Origin: Antechinus flavipes
Taxonomy: Eukaryota
Reading direction: 5' to 3'
Assembly (NCBI RefSeq): GCF_016432865.1
Contig: NC_067403.1
Coordinates: 253,518,001 to 253,582,000 of the forward strand
DNA: 64,000 bases
The notes under the pieces were generated by a model. That model searched no databases. It was not told the DNA's origin and worked only from the letters and a program-made list of their open reading frames with translations. Position 1 is the first letter of the stretch; every line of letters starts with the position of its first letter. The position numbers and the translations under genes are program-made. This document shows positions 37,954 to 51,120 of this stretch, one piece after another.

Positions 37954-39249
37954 AATCCGCTCCATACTCATCTAAAGCAGATGTCGGTAACCTGCCCTTC
38001 ACATCAGACTTCTTCCTCTCAGGCTCCTTCCATCTCCTTACAGTCCCCCAAACCTGACTTCCCCAGGAGAGCCCTCCATTCCAGTCTCCCTTTTCCAGGA
38101 CCGGATGTATATTTCTTTCCTTACTACACTGTGGGAATGGCCATCCTTCTTACCCATCAGTGCAGATACTTCTAGAAAGGTTCACCCAGTAGCCTCTGTC
38201 CCTTTAAGGTTCCATCTATATCTTGGTACCTGTTAGCCGGTCCCTCCTTTCTCAAGGACTTCGGTGCCTGCCTCACATTATTCCCCTCCCACTCCCTCTT
38301 AGAACCTTTAGCTTACATCTCTCTTAGACACGGCGAAAGATGCAATTATTGGTCATGGTTACTGTCTCGGAATGGCCTGATATCATTATCATGTGAGTGA
38401 AAAGCAATCCTGCCCCAACGACTCTTTTACCCAGACCGTCAGACGTTCATTCCCAGATTTGCCAGACGTCTTGTGCTCTGAGCCAATTTTCCTCAATTCA
38501 TTGCAAGACGGGGCCCTGTGGGTGACCACCTGGCAGGGTTGGGCGCCCAAGCTGGGGCAGCCACCACCCAGCATTTCTCTTAGCGGCTACAGCATCATCA
38601 CAGTTTTGGGTCTGGCTTTGGGCAGCCATAATCTAATGATGGCTGGCCGGTAGTAAATAAGCAGGTACGGGCAGATGTGTGGCTGGCGCCTTGGTTTCTG
38701 CTTCTGAAGGCCAAGGAGATGGAGTCGTGACCTTTGTTCTCTACCTGTGAAAAGTCTTTATTCTGGTTTTTTTGGGGGGGAGCACAAGTCAAATGCCAAT
38801 AATTGAGGAGGGTTTTTATATATTTGAGAGTGTATCATACTATCCTTCCAGGGTCTCAATTTGACTCAACTCTTTCTAATTTTTTATTAAACCTTTTTAA
38901 TTTTCTTTTTAAAAAATTTTTATTTATTTTTGCTGAGGCAGTTGGGGTTAAGTGATTTGCCCAGCATCACATAGCTAGGAAGTGTGACGTATCTGAGGTC
39001 AGATTTGTACTCAGGTCCTCCTGATTTCAGGACTGGTGGTCTATCCATGGTACCACCTAGCTGCCCCAACCTTTTTAATTTTCAAAAGACATTTATGGAT
39101 AAATTGTCAACATTAACCCTTGTAAAACCCTGTGTTCTAATTTCTCCTCTTTCTCCCCACCCCTTCCCCTAGATACCAAGCAATCCACTATATATTAAAC
39201 ATGACTCAACTATTTCTTCCACTGCCATATGGAGCCCCTCTTCTATTGT

Positions 39250-40400
39250 TAGCTACCTGCCCTTCACATCAGACTTCTTCCTCTCAGGCTCCTTCCATCC
39301 CCTTACAATACCTCAAACCTGGCTTCCCCTGGAGGACTCTCCCTCGCCAGCGTCGGTTCTCCAGGACTGGATGTATATTTCCTTCCTTACCTGTGGGTTT
39401 GACCATTCTCACTCCTCACTGCTATTTCCAAGTGCTTCCGGAACATCCAGTAGCCCCTCTCCCTTTGAGGTTCCATCTGATCTTGGTACCTGTTAGCTGC
39501 TCCCTCCTTTCTCAAGGATTTCGGTACCTGCCTCACATTGTTCCCCCATTCCATCTTGGGGACGCCAGCTTCCATTCTGACTGCTGTCGGATGCCTTTGC
39601 ATCTTCTCAGCCGCCATGATGTGTGCCTTCCCTCTGCCCCAGCCATCACAGGGACGCTCATACCTTTGATCCTGTCATCCAAATATCCCATATCTATGTC
39701 TAATCTTATCTTCCCATCTTCCCTTTCTGAGCCTGTTCTATGTCTTCACCACAATCTTCTATGCTTCAGATCCTCTCAACTTAAGCTTCCACTCTCTCCC
39801 TTCACTTCAGTCTCAGAGGAAGAAGTGGCCCTTCTTGCTAAGTTTGTACCCACCTCTTCCTGCGGCTTCTACCTACTCTATGTCCTAGTTTTATCCTCTG
39901 GGGCCAATGGAGCAAGTCCTAACCCTCCGCCCCAAGAATATACTTCAATACTTGAATATAATTCTCTTATTCCCCCTCAGTTTTGTCTTCTCAAATTAAA
40001 TATCACAATGTCTAAGTTGGTCATTGTAAAACTGGCCCAAAACCTTCATCGTGGCTATGTGGGTGACCGAATTACGATCTTACCTCTCTGCCTGGTTTGT
40101 GCTCTTTTCCCCAAACGCCTCTCTCCTGTTCAGATGCCATATACCCTGATGACAAAAAACACTTGTCTTTCTCCTTTCATTGATTATCAAAAGCTCTTTG
40201 CTCTTCTTCCTCTCTCTGGTTCCTAGATTAATTCACATAAGCACGAGTATGTCCCCTCGATATGCCGTATTATCTTCCTCCTAATTTTGCTCAGGGCACT
40301 CCATCCTTGGCCAGCTGCCTGTCATTCCTCTAATTAGGAGCTTCCTAACGTAATGATTTCTTGGAATCTGACTCCATTCCAAGCTCAGCCCAACGAGGAA
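39250..40400 (+). mobile_element. Degenerate L2 LINE ORF2 (endonuclease region)
   Basis: Pyrimidine-rich. Translation fragments TGCIF.., TPHCYFQVLP and LGDASFH resemble the L2 APE endonuclease (HCHFQVLP, LGDFNIH). Confidence 0.65.
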
Positions 40401-42429
40401 ACCTCCACTTTCTACAAGAAGCCTCCTAAACCTCTAACTGTCAGAACTCCCTCCTCACCACTACTTTGCACATTTACACTCGTGTGCATGTAGTTATTTA
40501 TGGACTTGCAGAGATAACATGTATGCAGTAGAATATAAAATCCTTGAGGGTAGTTTGTATCTTTGTATTGTCTGGCCCTGAGCAAGTGCTTAATAAGTGC
40601 TGATGGAGTTGAATTAATCCCATGCAGGTTCCGGTAAGGAGCCAGGGAACATATTTTTGAGTAATGGAAGGAAACAATTGGGAAAAACGATCCAAGATGA
40701 ATCTCAGAAACATCTTCTTGGGATACGAAGCTGGAAGTCACTTGATTGGAAGCTCCTTGAGGGCCAGGATTGAATCTGACCTCTTTTTTATCCTCAGAGA
40801 TTACTGTAGTGTTTGGCACAAAGTGCACCCACTTAATAAAGTTTGATTGATTGATTCTTCACAGTGAAGCTGGAGTTAGAACCTTCCAAACCTTGGGGGA
40901 AAGGAAGGATGAAGATGAGCCGGCTTCCCAAGACTTTGAAAGGGCCACAGCTGTGTTGGCAGATCGCTGGGTTTGAGCCATGCTGATTTACTATGTTTGA
41001 AATGCCCTTTACTAAGGATTTAATGTTCCCGACCTTTGTAGGACGATCCGAGTTCTAGTCTCTCTACTGTCTGAGTGACACTGGACAAGTCATATTGCTT
41101 TTCAGTGTTCTCCACCCACCCTCTCACTATAAACTGCTGCAAGCTGCTTTGGTGGAGGGAGTTCCCTCACATAGAGTCAGTTCCTCTTTCCTTCCCCATA
41201 TGAAAAAAGAGCTAGACACTTGGATATCAAAGCTAGAGTGGGCCTGTGATGGTCTGCAACCTCGGACTCGGGGAGGCACATGCTTACAAAACAGTATTTT
41301 AAAGGGAAAAGGTCCCAAGAGAAGGAGTTGTGGGAAAGGCCTGATGACTCTGAGCGCTGTTACCGACACAGCCTGTATGTGGTCCCCTTACCCACTCTCC
41401 TGGTCCCGGGGCCTCCTGCTCTCTTTGCCCCTTTGGAATCCTTCCCCAGCCTCCAAAGCCCGCTCAAATCCCTCTGCCAGGGCCCACATTAACCAATCAG
41501 CCTGTCCCTTCTTAAAACGCCTCCATCCTTTCAGGCTGCTACCCTTTACGTGCTTAATGCTGCCTTGTGCTGGCCGGTAAGGCATGTGTCTTGTCTCTGC
41601 ACTGAATTATAGGCCACATGGCGTTGTCTCCTGGGCAGCACCTGGCACGGGCCTGGGCAGAGAGTCAGGGCTTAGCAAAGGCTGGGGAAGCTGGGAGCTC
41701 CAGGCTCTTTCCTCAGCAGGACCCAACATGCCAGGGTCAGGCTGGGATCCACTCATTCAGCCACTGGACCAGAGCTTGTTCAATGGGCCAGAAGTGGTTC
41801 TAAGGGCCATCGGGCTTGTCTACACTAGATACCTGCTAGGTTCTTCACCTGAAGCTGGCTGGGCCTCCCATAACCCCTTGGATCTCCTTCTCTGAAGGAG
41901 ACATCCAGTCATAGACAGCCTTGTCATGAAGACCACGACTGATTTTTTTTTTGCATTATTGATGCAAAAAAAAATGATATTTTTTGCATATTCTGCTCAA
42001 GGCTCAGAGGCCACAGTGGAGGGGGTGGAGAGGAGGGCGGGTATCCATCATCCTGGAAGCTCAAGGAAGAAATTGCTCATCATCCCAGGAGAAAGGGATT
42101 CTCAGCTTTAGGAGGGGCCAGCCTGCCTAAAGAAAGACTACTTGGTTCCCGAGGGGATTCCCATGAATCCCTGTTTCTGAACCATGGGATAGTGAAAGGC
42201 AAAGCTAGTGGGCTCCAGTGTTGGCCATTATCAGGTTCAAAAGCACTTCACACAGAGGATTCTGCCCAGAGGAGGGATGTTGTACCAAAGGAAGGAGACT
42301 TGGCCAGAGGAAGGGAAGGTGTCTTTGACCAGGGAAAGGAATCTTCAGCCAAGGGAAGGTGCCTTTGACCAGGGGAAGGAATTTTTGAACAGCAGGAGTC
42401 CTTGGTTGAGGAAAGTCAATGGAGAAAAT

Positions 42430-44030
42430 GGAGCTCATAATCAATGGAAAGAATAAAGCCCCCTAACCGGAGCCCCTAAGCAATGGAAAGAATGGAGAGC
42501 TCCCTGACCAGTGGAAGGAATGGAGGCCCTAAGTGGTAGAAGGAATAGAGCCCTAACCAGTGGAAGGAATGGAGGCCCTAACCAGTGGAAAGCATGAAGG
42601 CCCTAAAAGGTGGAAGGAATGCAGGCCCTGACCAGTGGAAGAATTGGAGGCCCTAACCAGTGGAAAGAATGGAGCCCCTAAGTGGTAGAGGGAATAGAGG
42701 CCCTAACCAGTGGAAGGAATGGAGTCCCTAAGTGGTGGAAGGAATGGAGGCCCTAAGTGGTGGAAGAAATGGAGGCCCTAAGTAGTAGAAGGAATAGAGG
42801 CCCTAATGAAGGCCCTAAGTGGTGGAAGGAATGGAGGCCCTGACCAGTGGAAGGAATGGAGGCCCTAAGTGGTAGAAGTTCCGATTTTTTTTTTTTTTCC
42901 CCTCCCTCCCTCCACCCCCTCCCCTAGATGGCAAGCAGTCCTTTATATGTTGGATATGTTGCAGTATATCCTAGATACAATATATGTTTGCAGAACCGAA
43001 CAGTTCTCTTGTTGCGTAGGGAGAATTGGATTCAGAAGGTATAAATAATCCGGGAAGAGAAACAAAAGTGCAGATAGTTCACATTCGTTTCCCAGTGTTC
43101 TTTCTTTGGGTGTAGCTGCTTTTGTCCGTCATTTATCAATTGAAACTCAGGTCTCTTTGTCAAAGAAATCCACTTCCATCAAAATATGTCCTCATACAAT
43201 ATCGTTGTCGAAGTGTATAATGATCTCCTGGTTCTGCTCATTTCACTTAGCATCAGTTCATGTAGGTCTCTCCAAGCCTCTCTGTATTCATCCTGCTGGT
43301 CATTTCTTACAGAACAATAATATTCCATAACATTCATATACCACAATTTACCCAGCCATTCTCCAATTGATGGGCATCCATTCATTTTCCAGTTTCTAGC
43401 CACTACAAATAGGGCTGCTACAAACATTTTGGCACATACAGGTCCCTTTCCCTTCTTTAGTATTTCTTTGGGATATAAGCCCAATAGAAACACTGCTGGA
43501 TCAAAGGGTATGCACATTTTGATAATTTTTTGGGCATAATTCCAGATTGCTCTCCAGAATGGTTGGATTCGTTCACAACTCCACCAACAATGCATTAGTG
43601 TCCTAAGTGGTAGAAGAATAGAGGTCCTAAGTGTTGGAAGGAATGAAGGCCCTAAGTGGTGGAAGGAATGGAGGCCCTAAGTGGTGGAAGAAATGGAGGC
43701 CCTAAGTAGTAGAAGGAATAGAGGCCCTAAGTGCTGGAAAGAATGGAGGCCCTGACCAGTGGAAGGAATGGAGGCCCTAAGTGGTGGAAGGAATGGAGGC
43801 CCTGACCAGTGGAAGGAATGGAGGCCCTAAGTGGTAGAAGAATAGAGGTCCTAAGTGTTGGAAGGAATGAAGGCCCTAAGTGGTGGAAGGAATGGAGGCC
43901 CTGACCAGTGGAAGGAATGGAGGCCCTAAGTGGTAGAAGAATAGAGGTCCTAAGTGTTGGAAGGAATGAAGGCCCTAAGTGGTGGAAGGAATGGAGGCCC
44001 TGACCAGTGGAAGGAATGGAGCCCCTGACC
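42430..44030. repeat. 25-bp minisatellite split by an L1 insertion
   Basis: Units gtggtggaaggaatggaggccctaa / ccagtggaaggaatggaggccctga at 42430-42878 and 43602-44030. Confidence 0.92.
42879..43601 (-). mobile_element. L1 fragment (ORF2 C-terminus + partial 3' UTR) inserted in a minisatellite
   Basis: ORF 43179-43595 (HCWWSCERIQPFWRAIW..PFDPAVFLLGLYPKEI..MEYYCSVRNDQ) is the L1 ORF2 C-terminal domain. Flanked by cctaagtggtagaag at 42864-42878 and 43602-43616. Confidence 0.92.
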
Positions 44031-47000
44031 AACAGGAGTCCCAGACCAGATGGCCTTAGCAGAGTGCCGGGAAGATCAAAACCATTTGGGTTTTTTAAGT
44101 CACTGACTGCTCTGGGTTCAGAAGAGACAGAGAGGCCCAAAGTCCTTCCCCTTTTCCCCCTTCTCTTGCTTCATGGGCTGTTGCTTAACTAGGGACAAGA
44201 ACAGAGTGTGAAGGCCTCCAGGAATGCATAGAGAAGTCACAAGGGTGGCTGGGAAACTACAGCCTTAGGTCATAAGTCATGAGACTTAAAGCTGATGGGA
44301 ATCGTCACAATCATCTGAGGAGATCATGGAGGTCATTTTACAGGTAAAGAAATTGAGGCTCAGAGAGGAAAACAGGCTGGCCCATGATCACCAGAGCGTA
44401 AGGGGCTGAGCCAGGACCCAAGCGAGGTCCTCTGCCTTGGCCTCCAGGCTCCTCCCAGAAGCCTTCTCTAGCCACTTTCTATGCAGTCAGGCCGGGAAGG
44501 AGACAGGGCCCCAAAGTCACATTTGGTTCTGTTTTGTCACCACAGACAGACCGACCTAGGAAACTGGTCACAAATCTGTCACTCCTTGTCTCCTGGCATT
44601 GTCCTCCCGGCCCTTGTGGATCTAACCCGGGCTCGCGGAGCTTCTCACTGGGACCACGGGGAGCCCCTGGAGGGCCTCTGCCTGCTGAGCCTGGAGAACC
44701 ACCTGTTGGGGACGTTTCAAAGCAGGCCCTGCATTCAGGTAGGGCTTGGAGCAGCCGGCCGCCCCCTGGGGCCCCTTCCCGCGCCCAGAGTCCCAGGTTC
44801 TCTGGCTAAATCTTTGTCTCTCCCCATAAGCACTTTTTAATCAGATTGCATATTTCTCTGAACAAAGGACTGTCTGAAATAAAGACGGGCCCAGGCTTGA
44901 GATCCTACTCAACCCAACCCCTTCATGGGGCCCAGAGATGGGAGTGACTGGAAGTCACACTACAAGAAGGGCCTCAAACTAGGGCTGGGGGAGGGGGAGA
45001 GGGGGGCCCTGCCAGGGGACTCTGGGGTCCCTCCTCCCCCCATCTCTGCACACATAGAGAGCCCCCATATTCACACAAGGTGACGCTTTGCCTCAATTGT
45101 GGCCCCGGAGGATCCGGCGCGTGCGGGCTTTCCTTCGCACCTTCAGTCAGGATTGAGGATGGTGTGATTGAGTATTGGCTCTGGGGACACAGCAAATCAC
45201 TGTGTGATCTTGGACAAGTCACATGTCATCTCCCCAGACCTCATTCTGAAACCGTAAAGGGCTGAAGGTCAGACTAGAGGCATAAACTGGGGCCCGTCCC
45301 ACTCAAGAGCGATGGTTTTTCCAATCGGAGACTATGTATATACACGGCCTGTCAGGCTTGGGATCCTCCCAAGCTGCTTCCAAACCTGGGTCTGTGGGGG
45401 GGCAAATGATTGTCCTTCCTCTTCCCAGGTCCCCGGGACCCTCTCCTCTCAGAGCTTCTGTGGGGGGGGAGGGAAGAGAGGCGAGGAGAAAGACCAAAGG
45501 CTGCCCAAAGTTGTTGAGTTTCCATAAGGAAGGACTTTCTTTTCCTCTCTCTTCCTCTTTCAGCTGAGACGGAAGCACTGGAGCCTTGGACAGCCAGGCT
45601 TCGGCCCGGAGCCGCTGCCCAGGGAGCCGTCTCCAGGCCCAACAGGAAGCGGAGCCGGGGGTGGCCCCGAGGCCCGTGTCCCTGAACTGTTCCCCAACTG
45701 CTGCTGGAAGCCTCCCAGGAACGCCCCCCATCAGCATCGAGCAATATTTGCCGAGGGGCCCCGCGGGCTGTGCTGGAAACGGCCTCCCTCCCATTTTCCA
45801 TGAGGAGGCAGCCGTCCAAGGTCTACAGCAGAATAATCCCTTCTTTGATGGAAGGAGCGTCTCCGTGCATCTGCACACAGGATCCCTCTCCAGGCAGCGG
45901 CTCCCTGGGAGGGCTTGTTTTCCAGATGTGGAGCCGGAGGCCCAAGAAGGGGCCCCACGCCGCCCAAATCCCTGAATGAGTCCCTGTCAGGCTGGGGACG
46001 CTCACACTGCTCTCCAAGGCCGGGAACACACACTGCTCTCTCTCTCGGGTCCCCAGATCCCTGGTTCTAAGCCCCTCAATGTTCAGGAGGAGAGAGGAAG
46101 GAGATTGGTCTATTGGGGGGCTTTGCCATCAGACTGGCTTGCTAGCGAGGCAGTCCCCATGCTCTGGGTGGCTCCCTACTGGGCATCCACTGGCCTGCTG
46201 AAATAAACATAAAATGAACATTGGAGAAGGAGTCGGGAAGGACAGAGGACCACCAAGGGGCCGCTTGAGAGAGGCTCTTGTCCTCTGTCCCTTGATCCTC
46301 ATAGACATAGTAAACTCCTTTTTTTTTTTCCTACTGAGACAATTGGGGTTAAGTGACTTGCCCAGGGTCCCACAGCCAGGAAGTGTTAAGTGTCTGAGGT
46401 CAAATTTGAACTCGGGTCCTCCTGACTTCAGGGGTGATGCTCAATCCACTCCATCACCCAACTGCCCCACATAGTAAACTCTTATCTGAAGAGTGTTTTA
46501 AAGGTCAATGCAATTCAATTCAACCAGCATTGATTTATTTATTCATTTATCTACTTGTTTATAAATTCATCCTTTTATTTATCTATTTGTTTGTTTGTTT
46601 ATTGGGGACTTCCCATATACCCGCTGCTGGGACAACTTATCTCTTGCTTTTCCCCTTCTCAGTATCCCTCCTCTGTTCATTCTCCATTCAGGAAGGCTTT
46701 GTGCTGGCCTTTCTTTACTCTTTATCTCATTTGATGAGCTCACCAGCACCCAGGGGTTCAATGACCATCTCTGTGGTCCTGCCTGGCCAACCGTGTTGCT
46801 CAGTTGTTTTATGGCCATTTGAAGCTTTGGGACCCAATTTGGAGTTTTCTTGGGAAAGAGAATGAAGGGGGTTGCCATTTCCCAGACACGTCCCGTCTTA
46901 AACTCAAAGACCCATTCAAAACAAATCCTCTTACCCCCCCAACTCTGTCCCAAATGTTTCAAGCTGTAGGGAGGGATTGGGGGGAAGGGAATAACAATTA

Positions 47001-49634
47001 GAGGTAGGCCTGGATTCTGCATCAGCAGGAGTGAGAGAACACACCCCTAAGGAGGATGCACTTCCTCAAAGGCAGAGAAAAAACTGCTTCTTTGCCCAAA
47101 ATACTCCCCCACCTCCCACTGCATCCAAGCTTTGGGGCTCTTCCTTGGGATCACCAGGTGCCTTCCAATAAGGGATAGGAGCAGGAACGTGTCTTGGTAG
47201 GGCCCTAGAAATAGTGTGTAAAGGTGCTGCCTGAACTATCACAGCTGATGACCAAGACAATGAAGATCAAGGTCATTTGGGTGTCTACTGACNNNNNNNN
47301 NNNNNNNNNNNNNNNNNNNNNNNNNNNNNNNNNNNNNNNNNNNNNNNNNNNNNNNNNNNNNNNNNNNNNNNNNNNNNNNNNNNNNNNNNNNNNNNNNNNN
47401 NNNNNNNNNNNNNNNNNNNNNNNNNNNNNNNNNNNNNNNNNNNNNNNNNNNNNNNNNNNNNNNNNNNNNNNNNNNNNNNNNNNNNNNNNNNNNNNNNNNN
47501 NNNNNNNNNNNNNNNNNNNNNNNNNNNNNNNNNNNNNNNNNNNNNNNNNNNNNNNNNNNNNNNNNNNNNNNNNNNNNNNNNNNNNNNNNNNNNNNNNNNN
47601 NNNNNNNNNNNNNNNNNNNNNNNNNNNNTGTCCCTGTCTCTGCCTCTGTTTCTCTTTCTCTCTCTCATTAATAGCTTTTTATTATATGCTATATATATAT
47701 ATATGCATATATGCAAAAGATAGTTGTCAACATTCATCCTTGCAAAACTCTTCTTACTTATCACCTCCTCCCATTCTTTCTCCCCCTCTGCCCTCATTCA
47801 TGCGCACTGATCTCTGGGTGGGCAAAAGAACATTAAGAGAGTAGGGAAACCTTTGATTGTAGCACTTCTGAGTTGGGAGGGACCTTGGAGCTTTGAACAT
47901 AGAATGTGAAAGCCGGGAACTTTAGAATCCAGAACTTCAGAAATAGAAAGATCTTTTCTTATTGTTCGGGGGTTCAAGTCATGTATGAATCTCTGTGACC
48001 CCATGGATGTAGTGTTTTCTTGGCAAAGACATGGAAGTGGTTTGGCAGTAGAAGGACCTTAGAACGTGGCCATATCAGAACTGGAAGGACCGTAGAACAC
48101 AGAATGTCAGAAGTGGGAGGGACCCCGAAGCATAGAATGTTGGCATTATAACTAAACTTTTCTAACACAGATGGTTATGGTTTATAGAGGAATTAACCTG
48201 GCTGCCTAATGGTCTAGTCAGTCATGTGCTCCCAGGAAACATCCCTCATTCCCATCTATGTCCTCTGAAAAAGCGACCTCCTGTGCACATCCTTCCCTGG
48301 CTCACCTTGGCCCTTTTCTCTAGCATCTGTTTGAATTTCAAGTGATGATTTGTTTGAGTTTTATCTCTGTAACTAGATTGGAAGCTCTTGGAAGGCTGGG
48401 TAATCTCTGGATCTCACTCAGAATTTACTAATATCCAAAGGGCACAGAATAAACATCAATTGAATGAATTTATCTGGGTTTCCCAGGCTTCCTCTAACAC
48501 TAAGCACCTTTCCCTTCCACCCCTTCCCACTGAAAGTGCTTTCCCTCTGACACATGACCTTTCATTGACTTTGGATATATCTTTTCTGTATATGATTTTT
48601 ACCCAAACAAAAGCAAGGCAAAGAAAAAGAGAAAAATCCTCCCTGTACAAAAACTTTCCCATGGGTTGTCACCGGGGAAGGACACCTCGTTTTCCCTGGG
48701 GTCCTACTTTAGCTCGCTCTCCAAATCCACATCCAGAATCTGGGTCTCTCAGTTGTTTTTNNNNNNNNNNNNNNNNNNNNNNNNNNNNNNNNNNNNNNNN
48801 NNNNNNNNNNNNNNNNNNNNNNNNNNNNNNNNNNNNNNNNNNNNNNNNNNNNNNNNNNNNNNNNNNNNNNNNNNNNNNNNNNNNNNNNNNNNNNNNNNNN
48901 NNNNNTTTTGCGACTCCAGAATATTGCAGCTTTTTTGTTATTCAAACCCAAACCCACACCGGCCAGCACAGTAGAGATTCCCTCTGATCAGAATCTTGGT
49001 ACCAATTGCCATAACATAGAGTGTGTGTTTTTCAATTCCATCCCGTTCCTGGCATTTACCTGGTGAGGCTCCCAGAACACTAGGTTTGGAATTAGGGAAT
49101 CCCTTTCCCCCTCCCTCTTCCATGCCCCTCTATCTGTGTGAACCCAGGCAAATCTTACTCTCTGGGGCGCCATCTTTCCAACTACAAAGTGACCTCCAAG
49201 GTCCCTTCCAGCTCTAGATTGGTCATCTGCTCATCCATGGACCTCCCCCGTGCCTCTAGGAAACAGATAACTCCAGAAGGCAGGGTTGTTGTTGCCTTTC
49301 TGGATATCGCCCAGCACTTGTTGCTGACTGACAGCTCCTCTTCTCACCCCATCAGTACTTTCTGCCCCACTTCCTCCCTAGAGCCTCCCTAGAGGCCAGG
49401 TTTGCTCTCATAAAGAAGCCCTTTCCTCCAGTTCACTGAATATCTGCTCTCTGCCTGGCTCTGTCCAAGATGCTGTGGCAGTGATGCTGAATGAGGACAG
49501 CTAACTCTTGTCCTCAGGGGTCTTACGGCCTAGAGGGGAGACGAAGCCATGTGTATAACATAAAGAATATGAATGTGACTAAGAGAGCAGAGACAGAGAT
49601 GGGAGATATTGCTCTGCGTGGATACTGAGGAGAT

Positions 49635-50105
49635 CAGGAGTTCTTAACCTGAGCTCTGTGGTCTTGTTTTTAATTTTTTTAATAGTTTGATAATAGTATT
49701 TCAACATCATTGATTTCCTTTGTAGTTTGATAATAGTATTTGAATATTGTTGATTTCCTTTGTAATTCTAATTTTAAATGCCTGTGGTCTTGTTTTTAAA
49801 AAATAGTTTAATAATAGTACTTGAATCTTGTTGATTTCTTTTGTAATTCTATTTTTAAATGCCTGTGATCTTGTTTTTTTTTTAATAATTTAATAGTAGT
49901 ATTTCAATATCATTGATTTCCTTGTAATTCTTATTTTTAAATGCCTGAGATCTTAAAATAATAGTTTGATAATAGCATTTTAATATTGCTGATTTCCTTG
50001 TAATTCTCTTTTTAAATGCCTGTGGTCTTATTTTTTTAAAAAATAGTTTGATAATAGTATTTTAATATCATTGATCTCCTTTGTAATTCTATTTTTTAAA
50101 TGCCT
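49635..50105. repeat. AT-rich ~80-bp tandem repeat (six copies), preceded by an hAT/Charlie-like terminus
   Basis: atagtttgataatagtatttcaatatcattgatttcctttgtaattctatttttaaatgcc... repeated; caggagttcttaacctg immediately upstream. Confidence 0.8.
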
Positions 50106-50319
50106 TTTAATAATATCTAAAGGAGGTAGAGAGATTAACCTGTCATTGCATCGGTGATAGAGCTGTGAGTTAGTGCAGCCATTTTGGAAAGTAGTCCAGA
50201 ATTGTGCAAATAAAATGACTAAAATGTTCCCCAAAATGCCTTTTAAATGTCATTTTAAAAAGGAATACCTAGGCTTTGCCCCAGAATACCCAACGGGTTC
50301 GGATACAAATTAGTCGATC

Positions 50320-51120
50320 CAATTCCATTAAGATTTATTAAGCATCACTTTGTCACACTTTGCTGAACTCTAGGGAGACAGAGACAGACCCTGCCCACAG
50401 GAAGCTTACAGTCTAACTGGGGAGACAGTATTCAAACAAGTATATACAAGGCAAGCCGCATGCAGGATAAATAGGAAATAATTCATCAAGGGAAGGCCCT
50501 GGAGGAGTCGGGAGAGTCAGGGGGGATTTTAGGGGGAACTTAAGGAAGCCAGGCAGGTCAGTGGTCAGAGCGGAGGAGGAAGAGTCTTCCAGAGATGGAA
50601 CCTGGGGGGCAGCCGGAGAGAACGCCCAGAGCCGGAGATGGAGGAACAGCTGGGACGCCAATGTCCCCGACTCAAAAGGTGTTATATGAATGACAGTGAG
50701 TGTAAGAGGAGGGGGGAGGCAGGAGGGGGCTGGGCGCCGAAGAGCTGTGACACAGAGGAGCCCCTTTGAGTTTACTGAGTAGGAGCGACATGATCGGGCC
50801 TGGGACTTGGTGACCGAATGGACGATGGATTGGGATGGAGAGAATCCCACCCAGCTGAAGGTTACTGCACCAGTCCAGATAGGAAGCAATGAGGCGGGGT
50901 TGGAGGAAAGATGGCGGCGCATTCGAGAGATGCTGCAAAGCTGGAGGCCGTCAGCTTTGACAAGCGCTTGGATGTGGGGAGAGAGAACGAGTGACCCGAA
51001 GACTCCTGGGGTGTGAGCGCGAGGTCTGGGAGAACGCGTCCCTCTGTGGTCGTGGGGGGAGAGGGGGGAGGCGAAGGGCAATGAGTTCAGTTTGGGCCAT
51101 ATTTAGGGTAAGATGTCTCC
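50320..51120 (-). mobile_element. L2 LINE 3' part
   Basis: Minus-strand text GVFGSLVLSPHIQALVKADGLQLCSISRMRRHLS resembles L2 ORF2 GVILDSSLSLTPHIQ..ISRIRPFLS. Typical L2 tail atttattaagca at the end. Confidence 0.75.

Noticed and set aside
39201-40226. 341-aa ORF as a possible domesticated L2 gene
   Set aside because: C/T-rich strand with few possible stops. Similarity to L2 ORF2 appears only in patches, consistent with frame changes, and catalytic motifs are degenerate.
45564-45975. Strong splice-acceptor-like tract (tttcctctctcttcctctttcag) followed by open frames
   Set aside because: None of the three frames resembles a protein I recognise, and I found no partner exons. It could be a non-coding exon but cannot be supported without RNA data.
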